Origin: Bacilli bacterium
GTDB lineage: Bacteria > Bacillota_I > Bacilli_A > RF39 > UBA660
Reading direction: 5' to 3'
Assembly: GCA_017432665.1 (NCBI GenBank)
Contig: JAFRIS010000038.1
Span: 10,103-74,102, forward strand
Length of the DNA: 64,000 nucleotides
Position 1 is the stretch's first letter. Each line of letters begins with the position of its first letter. The notes under the pieces are model-generated. The model searched no databases, was not told the origin of the DNA, and worked only from the letters and a program-made list of their open reading frames with translations. Positions 37,899 through 46,969 of the stretch are shown piece by piece. The position numbers and the translations under genes were made by a program.

Positions 37899-38584
37899 TT
37901 AGACAAAAGAAGCAAGGACAATTAATTGTAATATCAGGCCCTAGTGGTGCGGGTAAAGATACAATTGTTGAGAACGTTATTAAGAATAATGAAAACATTT
38001 GGTTATCAGTATCTGCAACTTCTCGTAAGATTAGAAAAGGTGAACAAGAAGGAGTTAATTATTTCTACTTAACAAAAGAAGAATTTGAAGAAAGAATTGA
38101 AAATAATTATTTCTTAGAATATGCAATGTATGCCGATAATTATTATGGTACTCCTAAAGAAGAAATAATTAAGAAATTAGATAAAGGAATAGATGTTATC
38201 TTAGTAATAGAAATTGAAGGGGCTAAAAAGATTAAAGAACTAGTCCCTGAGGCATTGTTTATCTTTATTATGCCGCCTTCTGAAAAGGCCTTATTAAAAA
38301 GATTAAGTGCTAGGCAAACTGAAGATAAAGAAAAGATTATTAAAAGATTTAATATAGCTTATCAAGAAATGAATGAAGTTACTAAATATAACTATGTAGT
38401 AGTAAATGATGATTTAGATGAAGCTATTTCTAAAGTAGAATCAATTATTAAAGCAGAAAAATGCCGTGTTGATCGTATTGAAGAAATGTTAGTATCTAAT
38501 AAAGAAGAATTAATACATGAATTCTTAATGGATGAAGAATTTGATAATAGTTTAATATCTGAAAAGATTAAGGAGGAGGCATGA
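37895..38584 (+). CDS. gmk: guanylate kinase
   Basis: GPSGAGKDT P-loop and YFYLTKEEFE... It overlaps tmcAL by 4 nt (ATGA). It appears about 25 aa longer at the C-terminus than typical Gmk. Confidence 0.9.
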   Translation: MIRQKKQGQLIVISGPSGAGKDTIVENVIKNNENIWLSVSATSRKIRKGEQEGVNYFYLTKEEFEERIENNYFLEYAMYADNYYGTPKEEIIKKLDKGIDVILVIEIEGAKKIKELVPEALFIFIMPPSEKALLKRLSARQTEDKEKIIKRFNIAYQEMNEVTKYNYVVVNDDLDEAISKVESIIKAEKCRVDRIEEMLVSNKEELIHEFLMDEEFDNSLISEKIKEEA

Positions 38585-38916
38585 AAAATAGAATGAAAAA
38601 ATATTTAAATGAAATGCGTGAATTAGATAAGAAAAACAAGAAACTAACTAAAGATGAATTGAATGATATGTTAGTTCATATTCAGTTTTATCAACACGAA
38701 AGATTAATTCATTTATTAGTTACTATCTTTGTAGGACTTGGGACAATAATGTTTTTTGGAATAGCTATAAGTAGTGAAATGCTGTCATTTGTAATTGTTG
38801 GGATGATTACTTTAATACTATTCTTCTTCTATATTTTTCATTATTATTTCTTGGAAAATTCAGTTCAAGAATTGTATGACTTATATGATTCATTAAAAGA
38901 AAAAGATTCTAAATAA
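38581..38916 (+). CDS. hypothetical small membrane protein (2 TM)
   Basis: ATGA overlap with gmk and two hydrophobic helices. No known motif. Confidence 0.5.
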   Translation: MKNRMKKYLNEMRELDKKNKKLTKDELNDMLVHIQFYQHERLIHLLVTIFVGLGTIMFFGIAISSEMLSFVIVGMITLILFFFYIFHYYFLENSVQELYDLYDSLKEKDSK

Positions 38917-38929
38917 TTAGAATCTTTTT

Positions 38930-40333
38930 TTATACTTCAATTATTTTTATAAAATTAGTTTTCTTAGTTTTCCCTAAAGGAAATCCTCCTGTGAAGACTA
39001 CTAAGTCTCCCTTTTTTAATTTGAATGTTTCTATGGCAATTCCCATAGCGTAATTTAGCATTTGATCAGTATCTTCAAAAATCTCAGTAACAGTTGGTTT
39101 TACACCAAAGTTAAGAGCTACTTTTTCTGCGACATGAGATGATGGACAACAAGCTAAAATTGTACAGTTTGGTCTTAAATTACTAACCTTTCTAGCAGTA
39201 AAACCTGTCATTGTTGTCGTAACAATCAACTTAATATTATTATATTCAGAAGCATCCACAGCTAATTTAGCAATTGTATCAGAAATATCAATTTGCCTTT
39301 TATAATCAGCATGCTTTGTATAATCAATTGTCGATTCTGTATATTCACAAATTCTGCCCATGATTTCTACTGCTTCCTTAGGATATTTACCAACAGTAGT
39401 TTCTCCTGATAGCATAACGCAATCAGTTCCATCTAAAACAGCATTAGCTATATCTGTTACTTCTGCTCTAGTTGGTCTTGGGTTTCCATACATAGAAGCT
39501 AGCATCTCAGTAGCAACTATGGCAAATTTTCCGTTTTCACGGCATTTTCTTATTAATTCTTTTTGAATCAATGGTAACTCTTCCATAGGTACTTCAACAC
39601 CTAAATCACCTCTAGCTACCATAATTCCATCAGCAGCCTCAACTATTTCATCAATATTTTTAACACCCATTCGACTTTCAATCTTAGCAATTATTCTAGC
39701 ATCTCCACCAGCTTTTTCAACAATCCTTCTAGCTACGATTACATCTTCTTTTTTATTAACAAAAGATAAAGCTAAATAATCACATGAATGAGTAGCCGCA
39801 AACTCAATATCTTTTCTATCTACATCACTAATAAATGGTAAATCCAGATTAACTCCTGGAGTATTTATTGTCTTATGATTTCTTATTTCACCATTATTCA
39901 AAGCTTTTAATTCTACATATCCAGCACCTTTTTTAATAACTTCTAAGTCAAGTAAAGCATTATCTATTAAGACGTGATTTCCTACACTCAATTTATCTAT
40001 TGCTTCTGGATGATTAACACTAAATTTATCTCTAGTTCCTAAGCATTTTTTCTTTTGCATTCTAATAGTATCATTTTCTTTTATTTTGATACCACCATTT
40101 TGAAAATTCAAAGTTCTAAACTCTGGTCCCTTAGTGTCATACATAATGGCAATTGGAGTACCAGTACTTTTACGAACATTTCTAATTAATTCAATTGTCT
40201 TTAGAATATCTTCTTCTGTACTATGAGATAGATTAATACGAGCACAATCCATACCATTATATACCATTTCTTCTAGTACTTTTTCTTTACTAGAAGCAGG
40301 TCCCATACTACAGATGATCTTAGTCTTCTTCAT
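38930..40333 (-). CDS. pyk: pyruvate kinase
   Basis: MVARGDLGVE motif, TKGPE, 467 aa. Confidence 0.95.
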   Translation of the reverse strand: MKKTKIICSMGPASSKEKVLEEMVYNGMDCARINLSHSTEEDILKTIELIRNVRKSTGTPIAIMYDTKGPEFRTLNFQNGGIKIKENDTIRMQKKKCLGTRDKFSVNHPEAIDKLSVGNHVLIDNALLDLEVIKKGAGYVELKALNNGEIRNHKTINTPGVNLDLPFISDVDRKDIEFAATHSCDYLALSFVNKKEDVIVARRIVEKAGGDARIIAKIESRMGVKNIDEIVEAADGIMVARGDLGVEVPMEELPLIQKELIRKCRENGKFAIVATEMLASMYGNPRPTRAEVTDIANAVLDGTDCVMLSGETTVGKYPKEAVEIMGRICEYTESTIDYTKHADYKRQIDISDTIAKLAVDASEYNNIKLIVTTTMTGFTARKVSNLRPNCTILACCPSSHVAEKVALNFGVKPTVTEIFEDTDQMLNYAMGIAIETFKLKKGDLVVFTGGFPLGKTKKTNFIKIIEV

Positions 40334-40397
40334 GATACCCCTCCACTATTCTATAATGATTTTATCACAAAATAAAAAAATAGAATAGTAATTTATT

Positions 40398-41219
40398 CTA
40401 TTTCTGACATTTTTTACAATAATGAGTTCCTCTTCCACCAATTCTAGTCTTTTCAATTATACTTCCACATTTAGGACATTTTTCTCCAGCTTTACCATGA
40501 ACTAACAATTCGTGTTGGAATAAGCCATGTACTCCTTCACTAGATGTAAAACTTTTAATAGTAGTTCCACCCTTTTCTATTGCTTTATCTAAGACTATCT
40601 TAGTATTATTAATTATCTTTTCACATTCTTTTTTAGTAACATCACAAGATTTTCGATTAGGGTCTATTCCACTCATAAATAATACTTCATCATCATAAAT
40701 ATTACCAATACCTGTAATAATACTTTGATCTAATAAAACTGTTTTAATTGGTAATTTCTTATTATGAATTTTATTATATAAATATTCTTTAGTAAGATTA
40801 TAATCATCATATTCTAGTCCTAATTCAGATAAAGGTTTTACTTTATAAGTATCGCACTTTTTAAGTAAATACATCTTTCCAAATTTACGAACATCATGAA
40901 ATCTAAAACTAATGGAATTATCTAGTATTAATTCTACATGTTCATGTTTATTTAGAGGATCTCCTACTTTTCTAAAGAAGAATTTACCTTCCATTCTTAA
41001 ATGACATAGTAAACTATAATCATCTAATTCGATGACAATAAACTTTCCCCTAGTTTTAATATCATTAATCTTTTGATTAATAATCTCTTTTTTAAATTCA
41101 TTAGTTGTCGGATAAGCAATAATATTATCCCAATATACATTACAACCAGTTATTCTTTTACCAACTACTTTTGGTATTAAACTATTAACTACTGTGATTA
41201 CCTCTGGTTTTTCAGGCAT
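40398..41219 (-). CDS. mutM: formamidopyrimidine-DNA glycosylase
   Basis: N-terminal MPEKPEV (catalytic Pro2/Glu3), H2TH region, C-terminal CPKCG...CKKC zinc finger. Confidence 0.9.
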   Translation of the reverse strand: MPEKPEVITVVNSLIPKVVGKRITGCNVYWDNIIAYPTTNEFKKEIINQKINDIKTRGKFIVIELDDYSLLCHLRMEGKFFFRKVGDPLNKHEHVELILDNSISFRFHDVRKFGKMYLLKKCDTYKVKPLSELGLEYDDYNLTKEYLYNKIHNKKLPIKTVLLDQSIITGIGNIYDDEVLFMSGIDPNRKSCDVTKKECEKIINNTKIVLDKAIEKGGTTIKSFTSSEGVHGLFQHELLVHGKAGEKCPKCGSIIEKTRIGGRGTHYCKKCQK

Positions 41220-41230
41220 ATTATTCCTCC

Positions 41231-43843
41231 TTATTTAGCTTCGTACCAATCTTTTCCTGTTTCTATTTCTACTTTTAATGGAACATTCAATTTATAGGTA
41301 TTTTCCATTATATTTTTAACTATTTTCTTTACCTTTTCTACTTCATTATTCTTAACATTTAAAATTAATTCATCGTGTACTTGAAGTAGTATTTTAGATT
41401 CTAATTTTTCTTTCTTTAATTCATTATATAATTCAACCATTGCTTTCTTTAAAATATCTGCGGCTGTTCCTTGAATAGGCGTATTAAGAGCCATTCTTTC
41501 TCCACTACTTCTAATCATATAATTCTTAGAAGAAAGTTCTGGTATTACTCTTCTTCTATTCATCAGTGTAGTAACATAACCTTTTTTATAAGCTTCTTCT
41601 TTTTCTTTTTCCATATAGTCAGATATTCCTGGGAAAGCTTCTAAGTATTTATCAATAAACTCTTTTGCTTCTTTTACATTAATACCCAAGTCTTCAGATA
41701 ATCCAAAACTACTAATACCATAGATAATTCCAAAGTTAACTGCCTTGGCTGTTCTTCTCATTTTCTTGTCTACTTCATCAATAGGTACATGATAAATATC
41801 ACTAGCTGTCTTAGTATGAATATCTTGATTGTTAATAAATGCTTCCATCATTTGCGTAGCATTAGCCATTGATGAGAATACTCTTAATTCTACTTGTGAA
41901 TAATCGCTTGATAATAAAACACTACCTTCATCAGGAATAAATGCTTTTCTAATCATACGGCTATATTCATCACGAGCAGGTATATTTTGCAAATTAGGAC
42001 TAATACTTGAAAGACGTCCCGTACGAGTTAATGTTTGTGTGTATGTAGTATGAATTCTACCATCTTCTCTTATTTCATTAAGTAATCCTACTGCATAATT
42101 AGAATATAACTTGGCTAACATACGATACTCTAGTATTTTATCTACGATAGGATTTACAAAACTAATTTTATCTAAAATATCTTTACTAGTAGAATACTTA
42201 CCATTAGTAACTCTTTTCGGATATGGTATCTCCATATCTACAAATAGTACTTGCGCAAGTTGAGCTGGACTATTAATATTAAATTCTTGACCAGCTAATT
42301 TATATATTTCTTGTTCCAAGTCTTTAATTTTACTATCTAGCTCATCTCTTACATTTTCTAAATATTTATGATCTACTTTAATACCAGTAATCTCCATATC
42401 AGCAAGTACACTAACTAATGGCATTTCAATTTTATTAAATAAATCTTCTTCATCATATTCACTAATCTTATCCAGTAATTCTTCTCTAGTTTCATAAATA
42501 AACTTTGCTTTTGAAATAACTACATTCTTTAATTTATCCTCTGTAACTTCTAATGGTCTTTTTAAGGTTCCATAGACACTTTCAAAACTAGGTATATCAT
42601 AACCCATATTATTAGCTAAATTACTAATATCATCTTTTATTTCATAATCACATAAGTATCCAGCAACAGCTGTATCAAATAAACAATTATTTATTTCAAT
42701 ATCATAATTATGTAATAAAACAATACACTTTTTTAAATCATAAGTATATTTATTACTCTTGCTTGTAAATAATTTTTTATATTTTTCTATTTCTTTTTCT
42801 TTTAAGAAATAACCATATTGCCCATCATAGAAACTTATTCCTAGGATTTCACTTTTACTATAAACTTCTCCCTTACTTTCAATATAGAAGGCATAATCTT
42901 TAGAAGAATCTAATTCAGTTATATCTTTTATTTCTAAGTCTTTTACTTCTTTAACTATATTATTGTCTGTGACAACTCCTATTAAATTATATTTGATTAA
43001 AAGAGACTTAAATTCTAATTCTTCTAGAATACTTTTTAATTTTAAATTATCAATACCTGTATATTTACAGTCCTCTAGACTAAATCCTAGTTTTATATCT
43101 TTAACTATAGTAGCTAATTGATATGATTTATAACAGTTATCTTTATCATTAATTAATTTTTCTTGAAGTTTTCCTTTAATGGAATCAATATTTTCATAAA
43201 TACCATCAATACTGCCATATTCAGTTATTAATTTTAAAGCTGTTTTTTCACCAACTCCAGCTACTCCCGGAATGTTATCTGATGGATCTCCCATTAGTGC
43301 TTTTAAATCTATCATTTTAATTGGTTCTATTCCATAAGTTTCAATAAATTTATCTCTATTCATCATGATATAGTCATTGCTTTTTAACATTCTAACTACT
43401 ACATCATCTTCTATTAATTGTAGTAAATCTTTATCACTACTAATAATTTCACAATCAAATTCTGGATCAATATGAGCCAAACTAGATAATGTACCTATAA
43501 TATCATCCGCTTCATAATAATCCATTTCATGGTATTTAATACCCATTGCTTTTAATACTTCTTTAGCAACTGGGAATTGCTGTTTTAATTCATCGGGTGT
43601 ATCACTTCTACCTGCTTTATATTCTGTATATTCTTCATGTCTAAAAGTCTTTCCTTTATCAAAAGCAACTAATACATAAGTAGGCTTTTCTTCTCTAATA
43701 ATTCTATTCATCATATTAATAAAACCATATAAAGCATTAGTAGGAAAGCCCTTAGAATTACGCATGATAACTCCGCTATAAGCAGTTGCATAATAACTTC
43801 TAAATACTAAATTATTCCCATCTACTAATAAGATTTTTTTCAT
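41231..43843 (-). CDS. polA: DNA polymerase I
   Basis: 5' nuclease domain, DYSQVELRV (motif A) and QVHDELI (motif C). ATG 43843 (MKKILLVDG) has a GGTGA RBS; the track start is TTG. Confidence 0.95.
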   Translation of the reverse strand: MKKILLVDGNNLVFRSYYATAYSGVIMRNSKGFPTNALYGFINMMNRIIREEKPTYVLVAFDKGKTFRHEEYTEYKAGRSDTPDELKQQFPVAKEVLKAMGIKYHEMDYYEADDIIGTLSSLAHIDPEFDCEIISSDKDLLQLIEDDVVVRMLKSNDYIMMNRDKFIETYGIEPIKMIDLKALMGDPSDNIPGVAGVGEKTALKLITEYGSIDGIYENIDSIKGKLQEKLINDKDNCYKSYQLATIVKDIKLGFSLEDCKYTGIDNLKLKSILEELEFKSLLIKYNLIGVVTDNNIVKEVKDLEIKDITELDSSKDYAFYIESKGEVYSKSEILGISFYDGQYGYFLKEKEIEKYKKLFTSKSNKYTYDLKKCIVLLHNYDIEINNCLFDTAVAGYLCDYEIKDDISNLANNMGYDIPSFESVYGTLKRPLEVTEDKLKNVVISKAKFIYETREELLDKISEYDEEDLFNKIEMPLVSVLADMEITGIKVDHKYLENVRDELDSKIKDLEQEIYKLAGQEFNINSPAQLAQVLFVDMEIPYPKRVTNGKYSTSKDILDKISFVNPIVDKILEYRMLAKLYSNYAVGLLNEIREDGRIHTTYTQTLTRTGRLSSISPNLQNIPARDEYSRMIRKAFIPDEGSVLLSSDYSQVELRVFSSMANATQMMEAFINNQDIHTKTASDIYHVPIDEVDKKMRRTAKAVNFGIIYGISSFGLSEDLGINVKEAKEFIDKYLEAFPGISDYMEKEKEEAYKKGYVTTLMNRRRVIPELSSKNYMIRSSGERMALNTPIQGTAADILKKAMVELYNELKKEKLESKILLQVHDELILNVKNNEVEKVKKIVKNIMENTYKLNVPLKVEIETGKDWYEAK

Positions 43844-43867
43844 AACATTCACCAATATTAGTATAAC

Positions 43868-43896
43868 AAAAAAAATAATGATTTAAAATCATTATT
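43868..43896 (-). terminator. intrinsic terminator (minus strand) between the SOS small ORF and polA
   Basis: On the minus strand, AATAATGAT-tttaa-ATCATTATT is followed by T6-8. Confidence 0.5.
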
Positions 43897-43970
43897 TCTT
43901 CTTGATTACTTCTAGTATCTATGAAAGAAGAGAGTTAAAGTAAATAGAAGTAATCAAAGCATCTCCTCCA

Positions 43971-43996
43971 CCAGATATAAAATATCTGGATTTTTT
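43971..43996 (+). terminator. hairpin plus T6 that reads as a terminator only on the plus strand
   Basis: CCAGATAT-aaa-ATATCTGG-a-TTTTTT. No plus-strand ORF lies upstream of it. Confidence 0.4.
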
Positions 43997-44004
43997 AGAA
44001 TTAA

Positions 44005-44151
44005 TTATTTGGATAATTTTACTGAAGTGTTTGTCTCAGTGTAAGAGTCGTTGTCTAATTTTTCCACTCTATAACTTACAAATAATAAGTATAAGCAGAA
44101 TAAAGCATATATCCCTACAATAATTAATCCTGTTCTTAAACGTTCTGACAT
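44005..44151 (-). CDS. 48-aa single-TM peptide under a LexA-box promoter (candidate SOS effector)
   Basis: Below the ORF-track length cutoff. AAAGGAG lies 9 nt upstream of the ATG. It translates to MSERLRTGLIIVGIYALFCLYLLFVSYRVEKLDNDSYTETNTSVKLSK. It is divergent from lexA. Confidence 0.6.
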   Translation of the reverse strand: MSERLRTGLIIVGIYALFCLYLLFVSYRVEKLDNDSYTETNTSVKLSK

Positions 44152-44181
44152 AAACTCTCTCTCCTTTCATATTACACTTCG

Positions 44182-44210
44182 ATTATATACCGAATATTTG
44201 TTCGTGTCAA
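44182..44210 (-). promoter_or_regulatory. consensus sigma-A promoter with a LexA box filling the spacer
   Basis: Minus strand: TTGACA (44210..44205), the 17-nt spacer cgaacaaatattcggta, then TATAAT (44187..44182). Confidence 0.75.
44191..44204. promoter_or_regulatory. LexA operator (Gram-positive SOS/Cheo box)
   Basis: CGAATATTTGTTCG compared with the consensus CGAAC-N4-GTTCG: one mismatch, palindromic. Confidence 0.8.
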
Positions 44211-44218
44211 TAAAATAT

Positions 44219-44258
44219 AAAACATTTGTTTGACATTTTACACTTAGTGTGTTAAACT
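44219..44258 (+). promoter_or_regulatory. lexA promoter with a second, weaker LexA-box-like site over the -35
   Basis: AAAACATTTGTTTG (44219..44232) overlaps TTGACA (44230..44235). A 17-nt spacer is followed by the extended -10 TGtTAAACT (44250..44258). Confidence 0.5.
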
Positions 44259-44279
44259 ACATATATAAGGAGTGATACT

Positions 44280-44897
44280 ATGGAAAAGTTAACTGATAAA
44301 CAAAGTAGCATTTTACAGATACTTAAAAAACTAATTGCGGATAAAGGTTACCCACCTACTGTTAGAGAGATTGGTGATGCAGCACATTTATCTTCACCAG
44401 CTACTATTCACTTTCATTTAAGTAAGCTTGAAGAAAAAGGTTATATCAAAAAAGGAGACAATAAAAATAGGACTATTGAAATATTAGTTCCTAATGAATA
44501 TTTAGAAAAAGATGAAAATGTTGTGGAAGTACCATTACTTGGAAAAGTAACGGCTGGTTCTCCTATTGAAGCAATAGAAACTCCTGATGAATACTTTTCA
44601 TTACCTGTAGAGATTGTTAATAATCATAAAGAAATATTTACTTTAAAAGTAAGCGGTGAATCTATGATTAATGTAGGTATCTATGATGGAGATATATTAA
44701 TTGTAGAAAGACAAAATACAGCTCGTAATGGTGAAACAGTAGTAGCTATGAATGATAATAATGAAGTTACTGTAAAGACATTTTATAAAGAAGATGGTTA
44801 TTTTAGACTACAACCTGAAAATGATACTATGGAGCCAATCATTTTAAAAGAATGTATAATTCTTGGAAAAGCAATTGGTTTATATAGAAAATTTTAA
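44280..44897 (+). CDS. lexA: LexA repressor
   Basis: Winged-helix N-domain and an S24 peptidase domain with GESM (Ser nucleophile) and VTVKTF (Lys). AAGGAG RBS. Confidence 0.95.
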   Translation: MEKLTDKQSSILQILKKLIADKGYPPTVREIGDAAHLSSPATIHFHLSKLEEKGYIKKGDNKNRTIEILVPNEYLEKDENVVEVPLLGKVTAGSPIEAIETPDEYFSLPVEIVNNHKEIFTLKVSGESMINVGIYDGDILIVERQNTARNGETVVAMNDNNEVTVKTFYKEDGYFRLQPENDTMEPIILKECIILGKAIGLYRKF

Positions 44898-44902
44898 TAA
44901 AA

Positions 44903-44927
44903 AAGTGTTAAGAATTTCTTAACACTT
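44903..44927. terminator. bidirectional intrinsic terminator
   Basis: AAGTGTTAAGAATTTCTTAACACTT flanked by A- and T-runs, between lexA and the serpin gene. Confidence 0.65.
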
Positions 44928-44928
44928 T

Positions 44929-46194
44929 TTATTTACAACTTTTTCCAGTCCATTTATTTGGTTCATATACTACTCCAAAGAATAACATTTCTTTAGTTTT
45001 TTGATCTCTAATTATATAAGCAAATGGTTTATCAAAAGCAATATGTACTATTTCGTCTTCACTAGCAGTATTTTTTTCTACTATTACTCCTGTAGCTGCG
45101 GCTGCTTTTGTTCCTTCTTCTTTTAATTCAATATATGTTTTATGAACTACACTACTAACATGTGCTGGTTCATCAATCATTTTACTCAAATCAGCACTTG
45201 GAGTGAACACTTCTTTTATTCCTAATTCTTTTAGTTTTTCAACAAATCCATCTATCTCATAATCATATTCAAATTTTGGAAGATGTAATGCTAGTTTTTT
45301 CCCTTCTGATGCTACTTTTGCTTCTTCATCAATTTCTTTTATTTTATCTACTGTTAAATTATCAACGTAATCTTTAACATCATCATCTGGTAAAATACCA
45401 ATAAACTCTAAATTATTACCATTTTTTTCAACTTTATTTCCATTACTATCATATGATGCATATGGAAGGATCACACCTTGTGCATCATCTAATTCAAAGT
45501 ATTTAGTTCCTTTTTCATATGATTGATACATCATTGCTACATCCATTTTTTTACCATCTTGTTTAGAAAAACTATATTTTGTTGTTCTTTTACAATCGAA
45601 TCCATCATTCCATTCAACATCAATAGCTAAAGCGTTAACTAAAACCATTAAAGTATCTTTTGGTAATTCTTTAAATAATGTTGGAATCATTTGATATGTT
45701 TCTCTATTAACCCATTTATTAATAACGTCTGGAGTTTGAAACTTATCATAAATTAATTCTGATTTATACTTATCTTTTACAATATCAGAATATGAACTCA
45801 ACACACTATCTTTATAATCTTGATTAATAAATACTCCATTAGCCACATTTACTTTTTTAGGAATTTTCAAAATATTTATATCCCTATCACCAATTAAGTC
45901 TTCTATTTCTTCTCTTGTTGTTCCATCAGCACCTTCTTTTAACATACTTAATGCCATTTCAATAGAATATGGACTAATTAAATAATTATCAGTTGCTTCT
46001 TTATTTATTTCTTTGATTATATTTACATTATAATCAGTTACTTCTGTAACACCTATGTTGGAATCATCTTGTTGCCCTTCCGGTTGTACAAAAAACATTC
46101 TATACATCCAATATCCTGCACATAATAAAATAATGCACAATAATACAATACCTATTGTGATTAATTGTTTGTTCTTTTCATTTAATTTTTTCAT
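44929..46194 (-). CDS. membrane-anchored serpin family protease inhibitor
   Basis: ISPYSIEMALSMLKEGADG, hinge EEGTKAAAATG, and FDKPFAYIIRD after the reactive-centre loop. N-terminal TM anchor. Confidence 0.85.
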   Translation of the reverse strand: MKKLNEKNKQLITIGIVLLCIILLCAGYWMYRMFFVQPEGQQDDSNIGVTEVTDYNVNIIKEINKEATDNYLISPYSIEMALSMLKEGADGTTREEIEDLIGDRDINILKIPKKVNVANGVFINQDYKDSVLSSYSDIVKDKYKSELIYDKFQTPDVINKWVNRETYQMIPTLFKELPKDTLMVLVNALAIDVEWNDGFDCKRTTKYSFSKQDGKKMDVAMMYQSYEKGTKYFELDDAQGVILPYASYDSNGNKVEKNGNNLEFIGILPDDDVKDYVDNLTVDKIKEIDEEAKVASEGKKLALHLPKFEYDYEIDGFVEKLKELGIKEVFTPSADLSKMIDEPAHVSSVVHKTYIELKEEGTKAAAATGVIVEKNTASEDEIVHIAFDKPFAYIIRDQKTKEMLFFGVVYEPNKWTGKSCK

Positions 46195-46261
46195 TTAAAC
46201 ACCTCTATAAAAATTATATCATGAAGATAAACAAAAAAACTATTTATAAAAAAATAGTTTT

Positions 46262-46969
46262 TTACTTTACTAATTCTTTGACAACATAACTAGCTATTAA
46301 TAATCCAGCACTTGATGGTACAAACGCTGTACTTCCCGGAGTAGTTTCCCCTGTTTTAATTGGTACTTCTGTAGAACTTAAGACTGTTACTTTACTAGTT
46401 ATTCTTTCATCTTTTATAAATTTTCTCATAATTCTAGCAATTGGATCATTAACTGTTTTTCTTAAATCTACTATTTCCAATTTACTAGGATCTAGTTTGT
46501 TACCTGTTCCCATAGAACTAATAAATTTTATTTTTCTATTTAAACATTCTTTGATAATTTCTTTCTTAGTTGGTATGTAATCACAAGCATCTATTAGATA
46601 ATTTATTTCGTAATCAAACAATTCATTAATATTATCTGGTTCAATAAATTTATCTATCTTAATAACCTTGCACTCTTTATTAATATCATTAATTCTTTCT
46701 TCCCAAACATCAACTTTTAATTTACCAATAGTAGAATCAAGGGCAATTATTTGTCTATTAATATTACTTTCATCTACTTTATCAAAATCCACTAAAATAA
46801 GTGTACCTATTCCACTTCTAGCAAGAGCTTCACAAGTATATCCACCTACGCCCCCACAACCTAGTATTAGTACACTTTTATTTTTTAGTTTATTTAAATT
46901 ATCTTTACCAATAACTTTTTCTAATCTAGAAAATTTATGCTGCTCTTTTGTTATCAATTTCTTCTCCAT
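46262..46969 (-). CDS. tcdA: tRNA threonylcarbamoyladenosine dehydratase (ThiF/E1-like)
   Basis: LILGCGGVGGYTCEALARSGIG...LVDFDKVDESNINRQ. Confidence 0.85.
   Translation of the reverse strand: MEKKLITKEQHKFSRLEKVIGKDNLNKLKNKSVLILGCGGVGGYTCEALARSGIGTLILVDFDKVDESNINRQIIALDSTIGKLKVDVWEERINDINKECKVIKIDKFIEPDNINELFDYEINYLIDACDYIPTKKEIIKECLNRKIKFISSMGTGNKLDPSKLEIVDLRKTVNDPIARIMRKFIKDERITSKVTVLSSTEVPIKTGETTPGSTAFVPSSAGLLIASYVVKELVK

Noticed and set aside
43921-43938. A tiny plus-strand ORF (ATG AAA GAA GAG AGT TAA) in the loop of the 13-bp inverted repeat, considered as a leader peptide.
   Set aside because: It has only 5 codons, no RBS and no downstream plus-strand gene to regulate.
44072-44170. 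An alternative 32-codon ORF starting at ATG 44170 (MKGERVYVRTFKNRINYCRDICFILLILIICKL) in the SOS-regulated transcript.
   Set aside because: It would be nearly leaderless (about 5 nt from the predicted start site) with no RBS. The 48-codon frame has AAAGGAG at ideal spacing and encodes a clean TM helix. It is kept only as a fallback hypothesis.
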